The notes below the pieces were generated by a model that was not told the origin of the DNA, searched no databases, and was given only the letters and a program-made list of their open reading frames with translations. This document shows, piece after piece, positions 24,105-37,520 of a stretch of 64,000 nt of DNA (the stretch's first letter is position 1; every line of letters begins with the position of its first letter). Origin of the DNA: Takakia lepidozioides. Its lineage: Eukaryota > Plantae > Bryophyta. A program made the position numbers and the translations under genes. Where the stretch lies: positions 52,452,001 through 52,516,000 of the forward strand of contig CM060734.1 of assembly GCA_030704615.1 (NCBI GenBank). The letters run 5' to 3'.

Positions 24105-24373
24105 TCTCTTCCCCCTTCCCCTCTCCCTCTGTGTTATGCCCTACCTTGCTCCATTCCAAGAAGGTCATACATGTCATTTCTGGGACAGCCTAGATGATGT
24201 ATTACATTAAGACAATTCTAAGTCTATGGCGCTATAGACCGTCACAACAGCCCAGTCATAAGATTATTGATTTTAATTTATATAGGCATGTGGGATGTCC
24301 CAGAAATGACATAGCTGACACTCTTTGAATGGAGCAAGGTAAGTCAAAACAGAGGGAGAGGGAGGGTGGGAGA
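24105..24373. other. Long imperfect foldback (candidate MIRNA/hpRNA precursor or MITE relic)
   Basis: Three perfect stems: 24119-24132/24349-24362 (14 bp), 24142-24156/24327-24341 (15 bp), 24171-24187/24296-24312 (17 bp). Confidence 0.7.
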
Positions 24374-25148
24374 ACTTACATAAATGCTTGCCTAACACAT
24401 ATGCTTGCTCTTTGGATTCTCAACTTTTGACTAATCCCACCTACTGGAGTGAGTTTTCCCTGGTGGCAATGACCACCAGTCTGCCTTCCAAACAACACAA
24501 AAGGGTGTATATCACAAGGATATGTCGAAGTACTTTTGAACATGACTGCTTTCCACACATTCACAATTCGGGATGGCGGGCTTCCCGACAGGCTTCAAGG
24601 GTATCAAAAGATTCAACAAGTAGAGTTCCAAGTAACATTTCGGATGATAATAAGTTGTCACATACCAGTTATAGAGATTCGAAAAAAGAAAATTGATGTT
24701 GTTTTACCAAAAAAAAAGGATCTTAATGTCCAGCAGGTCTTATCTACATATTATCAGAAGTTACAATCCTCCCCCTTTGGAGAACAGAAGGCATCATACT
24801 TTATATCAATACTAAGCCAATTAGTATGAAGAAATCTATGTGAATTCCTCTTTCAATTATGTTCTCCAGATTTATTCCACCTTGTAACTCACATGAAGGG
24901 GTTTTAATGTTAGCTGGCCTCACTCAAGATCAACCATGTTCATACAGTCAGCTTGGAAACTTCATCACGGCGCAGAGTCCACACAACCACTTAATTCACA
25001 AACCCAGACGAGGACCAAAAGCAGATTAGCACAAACAAGTAGACAACTGACATGATGCCTTCATTTCATCTGCTGACAATTTCCTCTGGTTAAAATAAGA
25101 GATTTATTTCTAATGTTTAAGGAGAGACGTCCAGGAAAAAGAGCATAC

Positions 25149-25291
25149 ATTCAAGGATGCCAGAGAGGCAAGTGAGATGCAAGAGTTCTGGAACCAAGGG
25201 CATGGGCTGGGTAGTAAAGCACAGGCAGCAATGTTACATCATGTTGCAGTAGCTGAACAATTGCATTCCTCAGCGTGCTATCTGGTCCCAC
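25149..25291 (-). pseudogene. SNF4: Isolated exon of an SNF4/KIN-beta-gamma (CBS domain) gene, frameshifted
   Basis: VGPDSTLRNAIVQLLQHDVTLLPVLY...PELLHLTCLSGILE between TTTTGCAG acceptor and GTATG donor; resembles plant SNF4 VGP.DNL...PQLLHLASLSGILK. Confidence 0.7.
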
Positions 25292-25879
25292 CTGCAAAAT
25301 GATTGGGTTGACAAGACATTACAGCTTCGAAATTGTAAAATGCCTCTATCAAAAATACGAGTCAAAGAGAGTGACTCAACATTGATTCCTGCATAGGTAT
25401 GCACCAAATACAGATGAGTGACAATAGAGGTAGCCCATTTTTCAAAGAATCAAGGATAATTAAACTGCAATACCTGCAAACTTAATATTACAATGCAATG
25501 AATGACTGAATAACTTGCAATGCCTACATAAGGAACATGCTATACATGAGCAAAAGTGGCAGTCCTAAGGCTGTCACCCCAGTGACAACCAAATGGTAAT
25601 CGTATTGAGGTAGAACCCAAATAAGGGAATAAAATTGGAAAATTTGAAAAAACAAATATGGATTCTTGCCGAAGCAAGCGTAACTTATGGTTTCATTTGA
25701 CCCAAATAGCTACTGCCAGCGGGAATGTGGACACCTTCCTATGGACACCTTCTGTGGTTTCAAACCTACAACCCATGGTAAGTTGGCTTTGTGCTCTAAA
25801 TACTGGGCTATATGTTGGATGTCAATACACCTGTATATTGAGGACCAACAATCAGGCATATGCAGTGGTAAAAGGGAGA

Positions 25880-26530
25880 ACTAAGCATGAGTTTATGCTT
25901 CAGATTTGTGAGCTCGTGCTTGTATTCTTCTTCTTTATCACTCGAGAAAGATGAGCTCGTATCTGTGAGTGCCAGATACGAGTTAGTTGTAGTACTTGTG
26001 GTTTTTGCTTGAGAATGAGAGAAACCAGGTTGTTATGCAAGGAGCACCATGGAGCTCTTGGTTGTTAGAAGCGGAGGCGATGTGGGTTACGAGGTGGTAG
26101 ACCTTGGCATTCGATCTTCAGCTTCAGAGATGAAAGCACCATACTGCAGGGCTAGAACAGGAGCTAAGAGGTGCGACAAGGCCATGGAATGTGCACCTAG
26201 GGTTTCAGAGCTTGGAAGAAGAGCTCTTGCACCACAAGAGGAGTGTCTTGTGGCTAGAAATGTAAGCCTTAGGGTTTCAGGAGCTTGGCAAAGGCTGTGG
26301 AGTGCTTAGTCTTGTCTTAGAGAGCATCAAGGAGCCAAGGAGCCAAGATAGGGGGCTGATACCTCTTGTGTGAAGAGGTTGCATGTGTGGAGCATGTATT
26401 CAGCTCATTGAAGCTTCCATCTTCAAGCTTGGAGGGCAAGCAAGGAAGAGGGAAGGACTGACTTCCCTTATGTGAGAGCAATGCATGTGTGGAGCATGCT
26501 TTCAGCCTGTTGAAGGCTTGTACTTTTAGG
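25880..26530 (+). mobile_element. LTR fragment related to the copy B LTR
   Basis: GCATGTGTGGAGCATGCTTTC at about 26483 is also at about 31860; boundaries approximate. Confidence 0.6.
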
Positions 26531-26535
26531 TTAAC

Positions 26536-26839
26536 CTTCTCTTCATAGTTGTCAAGGGTTTCTTTGATAGCATCCACATTGGTGTAGAGTCTCAGAAGCA
26601 CACATCCTCCTCGCATAACAATGTCTTCCTCCACTGCAGCCTGTGCTCCATGACACAAGCAATATTTGAGTACAAGAAGCTCTTCTGAAGATACAGAATG
26701 TGGTTCAACAAAGCATGTGAGCTTCATCAACATGGCATATAAGCGAAGTTAGTGCTGAATAGGCACACCTTGGTGCATTTAAGGCATCTTCCCCCCGTAA
26801 CTTCTTCTCCTTCAGCTTTGTTTTGATTTGGTCTCCCCT
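26536..26839 (-). pseudogene. CPN60B: Two-exon fragment of plastid chaperonin 60 beta (exons 26839-26769, 26640-26536)
   Basis: TKLKEKKLRGEDALNA, intron, then AAVEEDIVMRGGCVLLRLYTNVDAIKETLDNYEEK; matches Cpn60beta ELKEKKLRVEDALNATK/AAVEEGIVVGGGCTLLRL..KVDAIK.TL.N.EEK; splice sites retained. Confidence 0.85.
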
Positions 26840-27968
26840 CTGTAAAAATTATTAGCAACACTAAGGGGATACAACAATTTGATACCACTGACTTTGAGTA
26901 AACATACTGAGTGTATATTGCTCTAAAAAGATTATAAAGGTTTCTTTCAACATCCAACTTCAAAATTTGAAACCGATGAACACCAAAAAGTTTGATAACG
27001 GAGATGCATGCCCAGTTGCAAACACGCACTACAGTAGCAGCCAACCTAATAAATGTTAACATGAAGATTACCTTGAGCAGTTTAAGTTACACCCAAGATT
27101 GCCATCCTGCAAAAATGCGACCAACCATTATCAAGTAGGCAGACCACCTGTTCCTAAACAGTTGCACAAATCTTTCCAGAAACTTGTGCATGGACATTCC
27201 GATGCGGGTCACCGTGGAGAATTGACTCCATAGCTGCAGAGTAGGGTTTGTTTGCATGGATTGAGGTTTGAAGCTCTGCAATTGTAACCTTAGCAGAATT
27301 CCAGAGTTTAGTCTATGTTGGGCATTTTCCAACTTCCACTCCACATATTATTGTTCAGGGGTTGCTTCTTCCTGGCAGCAGAGTGGTGGATTGATGATTA
27401 GTTGATGTCCTTCTGTAAAATCAAAATCAGTCCAACAGATGGGCTGAAAGACGTAAATTTCCTACAGAGAATATATGGATGTTACAGTTACACACTCTGA
27501 ATTTGGGAATGTATCATTGGAATTTTTTTCATATTTCATAATACATCAAGGTTATGGTGTAAGGCAACATTTCACTGGCGCTCAAAGCTTCCCAGCCTGA
27601 TTGTTTGCTGGACCTTAAACACACTTCGATTAACTGTAATCTTATCCCCCTGTAAAAGATAATGAAAAATATGTATTTGGCATTAGAGTTCCACGCACAT
27701 ATATAGGCAGGCTTAATACTACCCAACAATTAATTTGGGCAACATAGGTGCCTTCAAGCTACACAGTCCTACGATCATATCAACTGAATGGGTTATTTAT
27801 GTCAAAAACCAGCTATACACGCTTAAAATAATCACAAAAGGCAGAGTGCATTGTGAGTTGGCCACATAGGGGGAAAACTGCATGCCTAAACGGATGGCAT
27901 TTCAGTAGAACACAATCCCTTATTGTAGTGGATTAGGATATTATTCAGATTGTAGTTGGCTCACAACT

Positions 27969-28076
27969 CACAAGATCACTGCCTGTGTCCACTACAACTT
28001 AGAAGATCCGTTCAGGTGTGCCTAATATTATTGTGGCCAGATACTCGACCGTAGCAGCTGCCATCGGTGCTTCAAA
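27969..28076 (-). pseudogene. Fragment of an A1-family (nepenthesin-like) aspartic protease
   Basis: FEAPMAAATVEYLATIILGTPERIF*VVVDTGSDLV, with GTP and catalytic DTGSDL motifs and an in-frame stop. Confidence 0.8.
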
Positions 28077-28367
28077 CCCACATGTATAGAAGAGTGAGCA
28101 GAAGCACTGTCCGGAAATGATAGACGAAGTATTTTTTATTAAAACCTGTCAAGGTTAAGAAGGTCCTTGCATAGTGTCAAAGCTATGGTAGGACTATGTT
28201 GCATTATGACGTATTAATCAAGGTATTTAGGGTCTTATGTCTTCACCTGTGTCAAGGTTCCCTTATTATTTCATTTGATTCCCGTTACAAGGATTTTGGC
28301 CTAAAGTTCAAGTTGTACATTCCATACTCTGAATTCATGAAATGGGAAAATGGGTGTGAAATGGTGT

Positions 28368-28539
28368 ACCGCTCTTATTGAAGAGAGCATAATCCGCTTG
28401 GTTGGGCCTGCCTTGTGCACCACGCATTCCACGTCACAACGTCTATCTAAGGGGTCCCTTGCATCCAACACTTACATAACCACATCTGCTGCTTCCACCA
28501 CTTTCTTAAACTCCTTATAGCAGCCTCTACGTGACCCAT
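28368..28539 (-). pseudogene. NSN1: Isolated exon of a nucleostemin/GNL3-like GTPase
   Basis: GSRRGCYKEFKKVVEAADVVM*VLDARDPLDRRCDVECVVHKAGPTKRI after a TGCAG acceptor; in-frame stop and small deletions. Confidence 0.8.
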
Positions 28540-29739
28540 CTGCACACACACAATACTTGGCCAATTTAGACTTCTGAGGCGAACCAGATAGCAAAAAAAA
28601 CCTTTCAGCCCAACTAAACTGGTTTCCTCATCAAAGACTCTGGTGAAAGGCTGGGTCAGGGATACTGCGGACCTTAAGAGCCAACAATGACAGCATTGCT
28701 CACGCAAGGGATTTTTTGTTTGTCGAAGTCTGAGTTCCGCTTGGCACACTCCTTGGAGAAATGGATACGCTTTACTGACGCATTTGAGTTTTCCCACGAA
28801 ACTAACATCCGGAGGCTATGGACCTCTTTGCCCCTTTCTCGCCCTTTCCGCCTTTACATCTTTCAGCATCATTTGCTCGCACATCCCCAAACCTTCCATT
28901 CCACACACCTGCCGCGCATATGATGCAAGTGCGCGGATTTGACATACATAACTCGGAAATTGACGTTGTAACAAAACGAACGACGACAAATGAGAGAAAG
29001 GGAGCCTATTCTCGCCTCTGCTAAAACCAATTCCGACTTTGTCGTCACTGGAATAACTTATGGCTCAACCAGATTGAGCCATATCTTTTGTAGACATGAT
29101 AGTATAGAAACGTATAGCACACTACTTCCATATATCATTTTAGGAGAATATGAAACCGTTTTCTCTGTTTTTATTGGGGGGACTGTATTTTTTATATAAG
29201 TGGATGATTGGGTTTAAGAGTATGGTATCATATATTATTTGAAAAATAATGAAAAATATGTAAAATTTAAAATATGGATGGATTGCACTACATTCATCCA
29301 TTTTAAAATGTCATTCATACATGTTATTGCCATGATACATATGTACCCTAACCCTAAGAGAACCTTCATTTGTCTTTGTGTCTTCTTCTTGACCTGGATG
29401 CATTTGAACTTCGATTCACAATTTGCTTTGACACATTTGTCCAACATTATCATCTCAAAGTTACATTCTTACTTAACATACTTAGACTAACAAGTTTTTT
29501 ACATCATAGAGTCCCGCTTAATTTACATGTAGTTGAATGTGGGATTTAGGGGTGTGGGGTCTGAATATGGAGGATGACGACAACTACTGAGAATATGGAA
29601 ATGTTTTTTCTGTTTTGTTTTCAAATAATCTCTAACTTAGTTATGAGGAGACATTGTGTTTTATGAGGAAACATTGTGTGACATATGTGTTCTTGCACAT
29701 TGTTACAACAATGTATATTCAACATAAGCTATTTACTTA

Positions 29740-30260
29740 TACAAATGTGTATGCATTATGAACTTATAGCTGTACACTTAACATCCACTAAACTATGTCA
29801 TATATTTTTATGATATATGTATGGAATATTGGCATCCAATGTAACGTTAACCCCACTTAGATGACATTCCTAAAGCAATTTTTTCCTACTTCCACATATG
29901 TGTATGGCTGAATGTGTAATGTGTTATACGCTTTTGACATTATGTATGAAATATCAACATGTAGTGTAATACTGCCTACTTAAATGACACTTCTAAGGCA
30001 ATTTTTGCACATTGTCTTCAATGTGGCTCAATGCTTGACAATGTGTTATATATCTTTGTCAATGTCTATGAAATATCATCATGCAATACTAGCCCACTTA
30101 CATGACACTCCCCAATCATATTTTGCATATATTTGCATATGTGTATGGATTAATGTTTGAGATGTATGAAATATGGGGATCGCCTATAGTACTAGTCCAC
30201 TTAGTACTGGTCCACTTAAATGACACTTCTAAACCCACTATTTACATATGTGCATAGCTT
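29740..30260. repeat. Degenerate AT-rich tandem repeat, period about 120 bp
   Basis: CCACTTA.ATGACA recurs near 29852, 29975, 30094, 30212. Confidence 0.65.
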
Positions 30261-30771
30261 AATATACCAAAATATATCAAAATATATCAAAATATATCAA
30301 AATATATATTTTATACTATATATTATAAAATATATATGTTGATATATTTTGATATATCAATTTTGATAGGGCTACCATCCCCTTTCTGTAAATGTTTAAG
30401 AACAAAAAAAACTATGGCTCAATCTGGCGACGTGGTGGGTAGGGAGGCCCTCACGTGGCTGGGCGTGGGCGAGGAAGGTTGGGGGCAGGCGGGTCCCAAA
30501 GCCAGGCTTGTGCCCGCGTGGCGCTGAGAAGAGTCAACGGGGAGGAGGGCGAGGGCTCTGCGCCAACGTGGCACGGAGTATGTGGCAGGGCGGACAGTTT
30601 TTGCCCGGGCATCCCCCGCACTAGGTATCCCTTTTAGTGTCTAGGAGATAGTGCCGAGGGTGGGCCACTTGCACTACCCTACACCCAATAATATAGCCAC
30701 TCGTACCCCTTTTCAAAATCCTTAAAACAAACTCTGTTCGAGACCACAAGTTACGTGAGGGGGAATGCCCG

Positions 30772-33274
30772 TGTCATGGTTTTAGTCATGGTTATCTAGA
30801 ATTACCTACTTCTAGTTAACTAGGATATTTTAGATATTTATATTTATATTTTGTGTGTTGGGACTTCATTTGGTCTCACATGCCAAGTGAGGTGTCGAGC
30901 CTCACTTGGGACATGGGGATAGGTTTTCCCCTTGTGAGGATGGAGGAGGCTCATCTTCTTGTAGTTGAGCCTCCGTGAGCCTCTCTCACCTCCATAGCTC
31001 TAGGTATTGAGAGGGAGTGTGGTGAGGGATTTGTAGGGTGGATTCCCTTAGCAAGGGTGCCCTTGGCTTGACTTACTTTATGTGATTGAGTGGATTCATG
31101 AGTGGAGGGTTTCCATTATGTTCACTTTCGTTATCACTACAAGAAGATGACCTTATGCTTGTGAGTGCGGAGTGTAAGGATTGGTTTTGTACTTGTGTTG
31201 GTGTACACCAAGGAGTGAGAGAGCTAGGAAAAGTTCAGGTATCTCACAAGGCTTGCAAGGTGTTGCAAGGGAGAGTGTGTTTGCATTGCATCAAGGAGGT
31301 GGAGAGCTCAAGGAGAGAGCTCTTGAGTTACAAGACTTTGCAAGTATTGCAGGGAGAAAGTCTTGTGTTGAAAGTTTGAGAAGAATGAGCGTCATCTCTT
31401 GTATCTTAAGTGTTGTGACAACCATTTGCCAAGGAAGTGGCTTCTATGGTGAAGAGAATGCATTGAGGGTTTGTAGAAGCATTATTGTGCACCAAGGGTT
31501 TGAGAGCTTGGAAAAGAGCTCTTGCATCACAAGAGAAGCGTCTTGTATGTGAAGAAGATAGACAGTAGGGTTTCAAGAGCAAGCTCTAGTTGTTCATGGT
31601 GTGAAAGAGAAGCCAAAAAGCGGCACATGCTTGGGTTAGAAACACCATAGAAGGAGTACAACAAGGATAGCTTGAGGAGCATTGAGTAGCTCAAGAGAAG
31701 CTAAGAAGTGGTTGTTTTATCCATGGTGAAATGAAGCCAAGTGGGGTTTCGTTTGGTTGACAAACAAGCAAGCTAAGGCGCTAGAAGGGAGTGCTTTTGC
31801 TAGTTCTATGAGTTATTGGATTGCTCTTGGTGAAGCAAGTGGTTGACCAAGCAAGTGGCGCATGTGTGGAGCATGCTTTCTAAGTGCGGCTTCCAACTTC
31901 AAGCTTGAGGAGATCTAGAAGAGAACAAGTTCATTCCTTTGTGTATGAGGTGATGCTTATGTGGAGCATGTTTTCAGCCCATTGAGGCTTCTATTTTCAA
32001 GCCTTGGAGAGCAAGAAGAAAGGAAAAGGGCTGGTTTCCACTTAGGTGAAGGAAAAGCACTTGTAGAGTACATGTTTGAGTTGGGGTTTCAACCTTAAGC
32101 TTGAGGAGAGCACGACTCTTGAGCTAGCAAGTGAATGGACTTGAATCTTCTTCTTTGCATGAGATGGAGATGTATTGATGCTTGGAGAAGCAACACATAG
32201 AAGCCAAGAATGAAGCATGTGTGTGGATGGCCAAAGGAGAGCACATGAATGAGTGCAAGACTTGGTTGTTTGTCAAATGAGGTAAAAAAAGCTTGATTCT
32301 TGAGCTCCAAAGAGAAGTGAAGCTTGTTGTGTGGCAAATGCATTGCTAGGTGAGATGGAATCAAGCTTGGTTGTGGCTTGAGGTGAAGAAGATCAAGGTA
32401 GTTTGCCTTGGTATCTCATAAAAGTCATGGATGCTTGAGGAGAGCAAGCATGAAGCTCAAGGAAGCCCAAACCCTAGCTTGGAATGCACAAACCCTAGCA
32501 TGGGATGCACAAACCCTAACATGAGATGCACATGAAACCCTAGGTTCATGGCACCAAAGTGTAGGAACCGTCACCGTAGTCTGGGAACCATCACCAAGGT
32601 GTGGGAACGGTCACTATAGGCTAGGAACATAGTGACATATAAAGACAATATAGGGCTTTTGGAGGATTTTCAAAGGCATTTTGGAGGATTGTTTGGGGGA
32701 TCTTTGGGGTCCTTTGGGGAGCTTTTGGAAGACATTCTGAGGAGCTTTTGTAAGGCTCTTTAAAGAGCTCTTGAAGAGGTATTTGGATGACTGTTTGGAG
32801 GACTATTTGCGGTCCTTGAAGGCCAAGTTTTGGCAAGTTTTTGGAGCCTTTGGAGGGCTATGTGGAGAACCATTTGGGGTCTTTGAAGGCCAATATTTGG
32901 CAAGTTTTTGGAGCCTTTGGAAGGCTATTTGAAGGACTATTTGGGATCCTTGAGGACCAAGATTTGGCAGGCTCTTGGGGCCTTGGTGTACTGTTTGGAG
33001 TACCATTGTCCAAGCTTTGGAAGTCTTAGTGAGATTGTTTGAGAGACATCTTGAGGGCTCTTAGAGAGTTATTTGAGAGATCCTTGAAAGGTCTTGTCTA
33101 TTGCTTAAGTAAAAGAGTGTGGAAATAGGGTAGTGGGATGAGAGCATGTTGTAATAGGAATTGCTTTAGTCTCTCTTCCTTGTAGTCTTCCATCCTCTCT
33201 GTAGGCCAAAACCTTTCCGTAGGTGGAGGCAAGAATCATTCCGGGTTTGGGCTGGGATGTCCTGCAGGAGTGAC
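30772..33274 (+). repeat. Putative 5' LTR of copy B (2.5 kb, TGTCA...TGACA) with internal tandem repeats of about 67 bp at 32790-32990
   Basis: 5-bp terminal inverted repeat; both end regions match the copy A LTR. Confidence 0.65.
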
Positions 33275-36200
33275 ACTGTGGAGTGTTTTTGGTGTGGGGG
33301 AGTTACTGTTTTGATTTTTTTGTTTTTGGATCCCCTCCACACCTGCATGCTTGACTGTGCGCCATGTTAGTTTTGTGTGGGCGCTTGTTTTCATAGGAGG
33401 TTGATCCAGATTTGATCACCGGTCAATCCTAGAGCGTGCTGTCGGTGGTGAGGCTGGGGTGATGACCAGTTAGACCATCATTGTTTTCTTATGATGAGGC
33501 TGGGTTGATGACCAGCAGACCATATGAGTGCTTGCGGTGGATGCGGGTGCAGATACAGGTCTACATTAGAAACCTATTATTCCTGCTTGAACTAGTAGCC
33601 ACAACAGGTTCTGTACTCGATTACCTTGTAGAAAGTGGGGATTAGAGATAGGTTGACAACCGGTTTGAGTGTGAGTTTTCATCACGGAGGTGCCACTAGT
33701 TGCTGAGGAGAGTACCGGTACGAGCACTAGCGATCCTAGTGGGTATACAAGACGAGGTGTGCGGTTTAGGCCACCTTCACCTTCAGTGTCTTCTGAGGAA
33801 GGTTCAGACTCAGAGTTAGGAGGATTCTCGCCGAGGGTGCAAGCTATTTCCGTGCCATTGTTTGTGGGATACGATGGAGGAAATGTATGGAGCTACTAAG
33901 GGGCCACGTCGGTACTCTGGAGCTGTGGGCACCATCGAGCTTGATGATTTCATACAGGAGTTTGATAGTTGGTGTGATTTGCAGCAGATGCGTAATCCAC
34001 AACTGTTTACGCCTTTTATGGCGTGGAAGGGGTTGTTTCAGCACCTTGAGGGGCCGCCTATGGATGACTATCATGAGTTTAGGCGGGGAAATGAGGTGGA
34101 GATTGATGAGTGACAACAATATTGGTCACCTACCTATGTTTCCATCACTAGAGGCACAAGGGCAGCGGCGATACCAACATCAACACCAGCATCCCCAACT
34201 GCAAGCACTAGTAGTGCGACAAGTAAAGATGGAGCTGGGAAATCCACTCAAGCTCCTGTTGCAGCACATGCACCCATGCCTGCCTTAAACCCAGTTGTGG
34301 AGTTCTTCGAGGAGTTGAGGAGAAACTACCAGGGGATAAGGACGGAGAAATTGCGGAGCTTGCAAGAGTTCCAGCGCAAGCCTACTGAGAGTTTGAGGGA
34401 GGCTTACACGCACATGAGGCGATTGATAAATGTAACCCAATGGGTTACGGAAGCTCAAGCAGTCCAATTTTGATATGGGATATTGGTCAAGGAGCTGAGG
34501 AGAAGGGTGCGGGATGCAATTCTCCTACAAGTGGACCAACCCACCTTAGCAAACGTGTTTTTGCTGGCAGAGCGGATAGAGCTCAATATGGTGGAGGAGT
34601 GAGTGGTCATGGTGGGGTTTGGTAAAGAGACACAACGAAGTGGGGCTCCTAGCCAACAACAACCACTACCCCAACGTGCTCAAGGCAACAAGGGGGCTCA
34701 GGCGAAGCCCAGGGAAGGACAGAGAGGATCTCAATTGCAGAGGTCACTTCCTTCATTCTCAGGCCAACAACAGTCGGGTGTGACATGTTGGGATTGTGGA
34801 GGATCCCATGTCAAGAAGGATTGCCCGGAGAGAGGCAAAGGGCCGGCATAGGCACAACCTACACAACTACAGTGTGGGCATTGTTGAAAGTATGGGCATG
34901 AGGAGGCCCATTGTTATGGCTTGCATCATGAGCTACGGCCAGGCTAGTTCCAAAGGAACAATGGTGGCCGATGACGAGGCAATGTAGTCCCGAGAGGTAG
35001 AGGAGGCAGAGGTTGGGGTGGAGGTCGTAACCAAAACCAAAGAGCACATGGTCAGGGTCAAGGTCATGACTAAGGCATGGTGGATAGACTTGCCCAGCTA
35101 GAGCAACGTCTTGCTGCCATGTCCACTACTCATGTTGCACCAGCTCCAAGGCTTGAGGTTCAAGCCCCACCTACACAACCTCCTATGCCTAGGGAAGACC
35201 AGATTGGTATGGGCTTCATGTGTGGAGCCGCACCTGCAGGGCCATTGCATGTATTGGACTCTGCTGCTGCTGTCACTTGAGCAGCAACGCGTGCTCCTAA
35301 GCCAAGAGGAGCGGATGTGGATTTTGATCCACAAAGGGGGGAAGCGAATCGTCAGACAAGGCTTCCACAGTCCTTTACACTGGCTGAGACAGTGCCACCT
35401 ACGCCATCAATGGCACCCGCTCGCCCAAGTGTGTCAGAGGTAGAGCCACGAATACCATTGGGGAAAGTTGGTGTGGCTCAGGAAATGCCAGTGGGTGGTG
35501 ATGTAAAACAAGGTGCAGCCAGTACATTGTTGAGGGCGGCTACGGCGGTTTGCCAAGCTCCATTATTTTCTGCAATGACCATTGCAATGCCGAGGATTCG
35601 GCCAGCTGCTGTGTTCAGACTAGCAGCTAGACTCTATGAGAGTGGTGATGCATCGGCACTATCTGCGAAGATAGCAGATAAGGTGCAGTCTATGGATGCT
35701 TTGGATTCAAGGGTGAAGTCAGCCACAGCTGCGTCATGGCAAGCGGCAGCTGCAAGGTTGCAGGAGTTGCCAGCTAGACCAGCCATTGAGCGTAGTATGG
35801 TGACTCCTGGGGTAGTTCTAGTGGACAATCAGGATGATGTGTTTCAGTTAGGTGGCCCAGCCGGGAGGAGGTATAAGCCACTACGGGTCTTGTTGGACTC
35901 GGGAGCACAACCATTGATGTTGGGGAAAGCAACAATTGTAGGCTTGGGCCTTACAGAGGCGGATTTGGAGCCTTGCCCTTTCCAAATTCAAACATCTTTG
36001 GGTGGTTCAGAGAAGGCGCGAGGGATTACACGCCATGAGCTCTTCATTCGATTGCAGCCGGATCATCCTACGGACGGCTCAGTCATGAGAGCTAAAGCCA
36101 TTGTTACGGACGCGATGTCCTATGATGTGCTTGTTGGTGGGGTTGTGTTGTACCATATGGGCTTTACTTTGGACTTTTGGGAGGAAACGACATCCTACAG

Positions 36201-36598
36201 GCCGGAATGGCAGTCAGGGGACGGTCGACGTGCACTGCCTCCAGTGCGGTTTATTGGGAATATAGCGGTGGATCATAGGAACATGATGCCCACATTGGCT
36301 GCATTCTCAGGGGTGGTGGCTTGGGGTTGGAAGAAAATAGCCATGCAGATGATAGGCCACCACCTGATGAGGACAAACAATTGGCATATAAGGCTGATTT
36401 GCTTCCTCATGTGTCTGTTCATATTCCACTGTGGGGTACAGTTGGGAATTTGCATCGAGTAGCAGACGAGTGTGTGCACCAAGCATGGCAGGAGGCCTAT
36501 CCATCGGTAGGTGAAGGGAGTTCAATTACATCACCTGGACCTCCTCAATTAGCTCCATTGGACACAGTGCCTAATATCTGGCAACAACCTGACTTAGG

Positions 36599-37520
36599 CA
36601 TTTGTTTGCTAGACATGTTTGGAGGCATGAGCACTGGGCTTGCAGGAGTGTTGCAAGCAGGAATCAAAGTACGCAAGTACTTGTATGTGGAGAAGGATGA
36701 GATTGCTCGGCGTGTCTCCATGCGCCATGTTGCCTTGCTCACACATCAATATCCTGAGTTGTTGCCTCTCTCAGCAATTCAAGGGTACCAAAAGACACCT
36801 TGCCAGCAGACATTACCATGCTGGGGGCGGAGGATTTGCGGCATGATCCCATCGACTTGGTGATAGGAGGGTGGCCTTGCCAATGACATTCACCCGCAGG
36901 TCATGGTAATGGTTTGCAAGATGCACGATCACATCTGTTTTGGGAGATGCTGCGAGTGTTGCGTGACTTGCAGGTGAGGCAAGTGCAACCTCCAGCTTAC
37001 ATCCTGGAGAACATTTCTCTCATGGGAGATTCTCGGGCCAGGGTTATGGTCAGTGTACATCAGATCCGGTCATGGATTGGACCAGTTGTATTGTTGGATG
37101 CAGCTGCAGTGGGTTCACGGGCATATAGGCCTAGGTTGTGGTGGACCAATCTTGCACCACTAGAGTTGCTCAGAGAGCATATGATTCCATTCAACGGCCA
37201 CCCAACCTCACGGTTGAGGGCATTTTGGACCAAGGGAGGCAACCACAGAGAGTGCGACATGATGATCGTCCACCTTTGGCAGTGGTCAATCGAGTGGGGC
37301 AGCCACGTGCAGCCTTGCCTACACTCATGAGCTTTCCCTCGTCTCATGCTTTGCGAGACAATGGTCCTGGGTTGATTTGGGACAGTGTGCTACAACAATT
37401 GGTGGAGCCCAATGCGGATGAGCGAGAGCGGACAATGGGATTTGCCACGGGCACTACAGCTGTGCCAGCTCTGTCAGAGGCATCACGACGTCAGGTGTTG
37501 GGTCAGGCAATGGATCTCAA
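36599..37520 (+). pseudogene. C5 cytosine DNA methyltransferase domain inside pol of copy B
   Basis: LLDMFGGMSTG, IGGWPCQ*HS, YILENIS, AYRPRLWW, ERERTMGF, RRQVLGQAMD; frameshifts near 36795 and 37172 and a stop at 36884. Confidence 0.92.

Noticed and set aside
27060-27660. Additional captured exons (acceptor-like sites near 27412 and 27650)
   Set aside because: The translations match nothing I recognise.
30772-33274. Independent solo LTR
   Set aside because: Flanks GCCCG and CTGTG are not a TSD, and a homologous LTR precedes gag in copy A.
33275-33345. tRNA primer-binding site of copy B
   Set aside because: No TGG-initiated tRNA complement that I can recognise after the LTR; only a weak local hairpin, left unassigned.
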